IMG/VR virus record: IMGVR_UViG_3300042315_000882
Location: 1-46,827 of that record
Reading direction: 5' to 3' (one strand)
Length of the DNA stretch: 46,827 bases
Origin: a virus
Lineage: Duplodnaviria > Caudoviricetes
Part shown: piece after piece, positions 45,101-46,827 of the stretch
Layout of the letters: the number at the start of each line of letters is the position of its first letter
Numbering within the stretch: the stretch's first letter is position 1
The notes under the pieces: generated by a model
What the model saw: only the letters and a program-made list of their open reading frames with translations
What the model was told of the DNA's origin: nothing
Database searches by the model: none
Program-made: the position numbers and the translations under genes

Positions 45101-46827
45101 TACCAGATAAAAATCTTAGGTCTGTTACACTTTGTCCCCAAACAGCACTGTTGGAACTGACCGTAGTGTATGTAGAGTTCCAAATAGCGCTTAGTCCTGC
45201 TACAGTATCTCCAACACTCCACAAAGTAGGAGATACTGTCCTAGCATTAACTGCGTTGTTTGAGGCAGCTTGGACTAAAACGGTATTAGAAGTTGTGTTA
45301 ACAGGAAGACTGCACTCAAATACATCGTCTGTTTTTAAGCGATTCGCTCCAGGTCTATACAGATTTGTGTCTGTTCCAAATTGAATTCCGAGAGTGGCAG
45401 CAGTAGAAGAAGTCAGCCTAATTGCATTTGCACTCACATCTCCTATAACTGTCAATGAGTGGTTTGGATTTGTTGTTCCTATGCCAACATTGCCTCCAGA
45501 AAGAATCGTCATTCTTGGAGTTCCGCTAGTTTCGAATACCAAACTATACGGATCATTTGATCCTATAACAACAGCTTCTCCAAACGAATTGCCTTTTTGG
45601 AAAATAGTGCTGGATGTTGCATAGAATGCTGTTTCCCATCTTGCGCTATTAGCACTAACGGTAGTATAGGTTGACTCCCAGTTGCTGCTCAAGTCTTTTA
45701 CACTCAAATACGTGGATTGCCAGTTTCCGCTTAGTGTTTGTAGGTCTGTTACATTCTGTACCCAAGTAGCACTATTGTTATTAACCGTAGTATAAGTTGA
45801 TTGCCAATTTCCGCTTAGTGTTTGTAAGTCTGTTACGTTTCTGACCCAAGTAGAGCTATTAGCAGAAACGGTCGTGTAAGTTGATTGCCAGTTACCAGAT
45901 AAAGATCTTAGGTCAGTTACATTTTCTCCCCAAATAGCACTATTAGCACTTACAGTAGTAGTCGTAGAATTCCATACAGCACTCAGCCCTGCAACTGTGT
46001 CTCCAACACTCCACAAAGTAGGAGATACTGTCCTAGCATTAACTGCGTTGTTTGAGGCAGCTTGGACTAGAACTGTATTAGAGGTTGTATTGGAAGGAAG
46101 GTTACACTCAAAAGTGTCATCGGTTTTCAAACGATTCGCTCCAGGCCTGTACAGATTTGTGTCTGTTCCAAATTGAATTCCTAATGTATTTGCTGTTGAA
46201 GAAGTCAGCCTAATTGCATTTGCACTTATATCTCCAATGACCGTCAGACTATGGTTTGGATTTGTTGTTCCTATGCCAACATTGCCTCCAGAAAGAATCG
46301 TCATTCTTGGAATGCCACTAGTTTCAAACACAAGACTATATGGATCGTTAGATCCAATTACAACTGATTTTCCGAATGAATTTCCTTCTTGAAAAATTGT
46401 GCTTGATATTGAATAAAACGCAGACTCCCATCTTGCGCTATTAGCACTAACGGTAGTATAGGTTGACTCCCAGTTGCTGCTCAAGTCTTTTACACTCGTA
46501 TATGTAGACTGCCAGTTACCACTTAATGTTTGAAGATCAGTAACATTCTGACTCCAAGTAGCACTATTAGCTGAAACTGTTGTATATGTAGACTGCCAGT
46601 TACCACTTAATGCCTGGAGATCGCTAATGTTTTGACCCCAACTAGCGCTATTAGCGCTTACTGTCGTAAATGTAGACTGCCATCTTCCCGACAAAGCCCT
46701 TAGGTCTGTTGAGGTCTGACTCCAAGTTGCGCTATTAGCGCTTACTGTCGTAAATGTAGACTGCCATCTTCCCGACAAAGCCCTTAGGTCTGTTGAGGTC
46801 TGACTCCAAGTTGCGCTATTAGCGCTT
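42120..46827 (-). CDS. very long fibre protein, 5'-truncated by window
   Basis: Frame open to the window edge; many NWQSTYTTVSANSA repeats; GNVGIGT..P fibre motifs; C-terminal NNWLLFGDI domain. Confidence 0.88.
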   Translation of the reverse strand, partial: SANSATWSQTSTDLRALSGRWQSTFTTVSANSATWSQTSTDLRALSGRWQSTFTTVSANSASWGQNISDLQALSGNWQSTYTTVSANSATWSQNVTDLQTLSGNWQSTYTSVKDLSSNWESTYTTVSANSARWESAFYSISSTIFQEGNSFGKSVVIGSNDPYSLVFETSGIPRMTILSGGNVGIGTTNPNHSLTVIGDISANAIRLTSSTANTLGIQFGTDTNLYRPGANRLKTDDTFECNLPSNTTSNTVLVQAASNNAVNARTVSPTLWSVGDTVAGLSAVWNSTTTTVSANSAIWGENVTDLRSLSGNWQSTYTTVSANSSTWVRNVTDLQTLSGNWQSTYTTVNNNSATWVQNVTDLQTLSGNWQSTYLSVKDLSSNWESTYTTVSANSARWETAFYATSSTIFQKGNSFGEAVVIGSNDPYSLVFETSGTPRMTILSGGNVGIGTTNPNHSLTVIGDVSANAIRLTSSTAATLGIQFGTDTNLYRPGANRLKTDDVFECSLPVNTTSNTVLVQAASNNAVNARTVSPTLWSVGDTVAGLSAIWNSTYTTVSSNSAVWGQSVTDLRFLSGNWQSTYTTVLSNSATWVQNVFDLQALSGNWQSTYTTVNNNSATWVQNVTDLQTLSGNWQSTYTTVEANSSDWGLAFASLGNYLPLSGGTVNGDLFVNGNLVITGSSALISSTNIAIKDSLIYLGYDNPSDSLDIGFVGSFTEGPIGYQHTGLVRLYDTNEWALFSGLTSEPFSATSISRTDPTFSINTLNANLKGNILSSTNVFGSLSSNNLLYDVAGNSSLWNSTYTTVRSNSASWGRGVTDLNSLSSNWQSTYTTVLANSASWTNLRALSGNWQSTYTTMTANSATWTNLRALSANWQSTFTTVSANSATWGQGVTDLQTLSGNWQSTYTTVSANSAIWGQSVTDLQALSGNWQSTFTTVSANSATWSQGVTDLRALSGNWQSTYTTMTANSATWTNLRALSGNWQSTYTTVLANSASWTNLRALSGNWQSTYTTVLANSASWTNLRALSGNWQSTFTTVSANSATWSQGVTDLRALSANWQSTFTTVSANSAAWNAADEILVAQVFNADSVTLNRGDVVYSFGATGSVMSVKLASNASEATSSKTLGFINETIIPNGIGYATVAGRMDKLAFPLPFVDGDALWLGSTPGTFTRIKPTAPEHGVYLGVVERANNGNGIAYVKVQNGYELDEIHDVLITSVSAGQILRRNSSNNLWINVDDGFNWDSVYTTVSSNSAKWETAYGASLSAILQKGNSFGENVVIGSNDRYSLVFETSGTPRVTILSGGNVGIGNSNPNYSLTVSGDISANALRLTSGTSSANGILFGADVNLYRSAANILKTDDSFLPFLSSNGTSSNTVVVAQTTANQVLQRREINPAVWNTTARLITAEALNNFNKNYIPKAATNSSLDNSEIYQENSNIGIGTTAPNEKVTVVGSVSASDYVFSRTKLSFLTDSFTIQLSHQNNLVLCNNTAPISALVPNDSNVMFDVGASVNIASLGEKVYVDGYAGVTINAADNRNYLRTTNSTATILKIGANNWLLFGDIWNDTLGN
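43610..44435. repeat. array of 72- and 84-bp repeat units (24 and 28 aa)
   Basis: WTNLRALSGNWQSTYTTVLANSAS and WSQGVTDLRALSGNWQSTFTTVSANSAT units alternate. Confidence 0.85.
45060..46640. repeat. 792-bp (264 aa) internal module duplication
   Basis: CCAACACTCCACAAAGTAGGAGATACTGTCCTAGC at 45211 and 46003; boundaries approximate. Confidence 0.85.
46648..46827. repeat. perfect 84-bp tandem repeat running off the window end
   Basis: SGRWQSTFTTVSANSATWSQTSTDLRAL encoded by identical DNA twice. Confidence 0.85.

Noticed and set aside
1314-45624. Many 60-135 aa ORFs nested in or antisense to longer genes
   Set aside because: Overlap well-supported genes and show no recognisable motifs.
45060-46640. 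Possible DGR template/variable repeat pair
   Set aside because: Both copies are in-frame within one ORF, differences are not adenine-specific by eye, and no reverse transcriptase is in the window.
41704-46827. CRISPR-like repeat arrays
   Set aside because: Periods are multiples of 3, spacers are themselves similar, all lie in coding frames, and no cas genes are present.
1-46827. Stop-codon reassignment
   Set aside because: Core genes are full length in the standard code and coding density is near complete; TAA, TGA and TAG all end genes.
1-46827. tRNA, intron, intein or IS elements
   Set aside because: Intergenic gaps are too short once the three small ORFs are added, and gp20, gp21 and gp23 appear uninterrupted; not tested computationally.

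Overview
A gene-dense, AT-rich segment of a large T4-like (myovirus) dsDNA phage genome, read in the standard genetic code. It holds the head module (portal gp20, protease gp21, a small gp67-like core protein, scaffold gp22, major capsid gp23, gp4, neck gp13, GroES/gp31-like chaperone), tail genes (gp15, a split gp5-like spike with two inserted peptidoglycan hydrolases, collar fibre, several lectin-like and repeat-rich fibres), clamp-loader gp62, PhoH, a pyrimidine-dimer glycosylase-like protein and many small hypothetical genes. The main unexplained structures are: (1) a five-gene cluster (QueD-like, NMP-kinase-like, TGT/DpdA-like, GT2 glycosyltransferase, DUF366-like) that suggests a 7-deazaguanine modification pathway with an extra glycosylation step; (2) a late-promoter motif TAAATA placed exactly 5 nt before the start codon of at least 11 genes, implying leaderless late mRNAs, with the major capsid gene the only clear Shine-Dalgarno exception; (3) a set of late genes sharing a capsid-targeting-like N-terminal peptide, including a KxDG ligase-like/HIGH-nucleotidyltransferase pair and a nuclease-like protein; (4) a GT60 GlcNAc-transferase plus sulfotransferase next to Ser/Thr-rich fibres. 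Three small ORFs missing from the supplied track were found by hand. No tRNA, rRNA, CRISPR array or mobile element was seen. All family assignments come from motif recognition by eye, not database searches.
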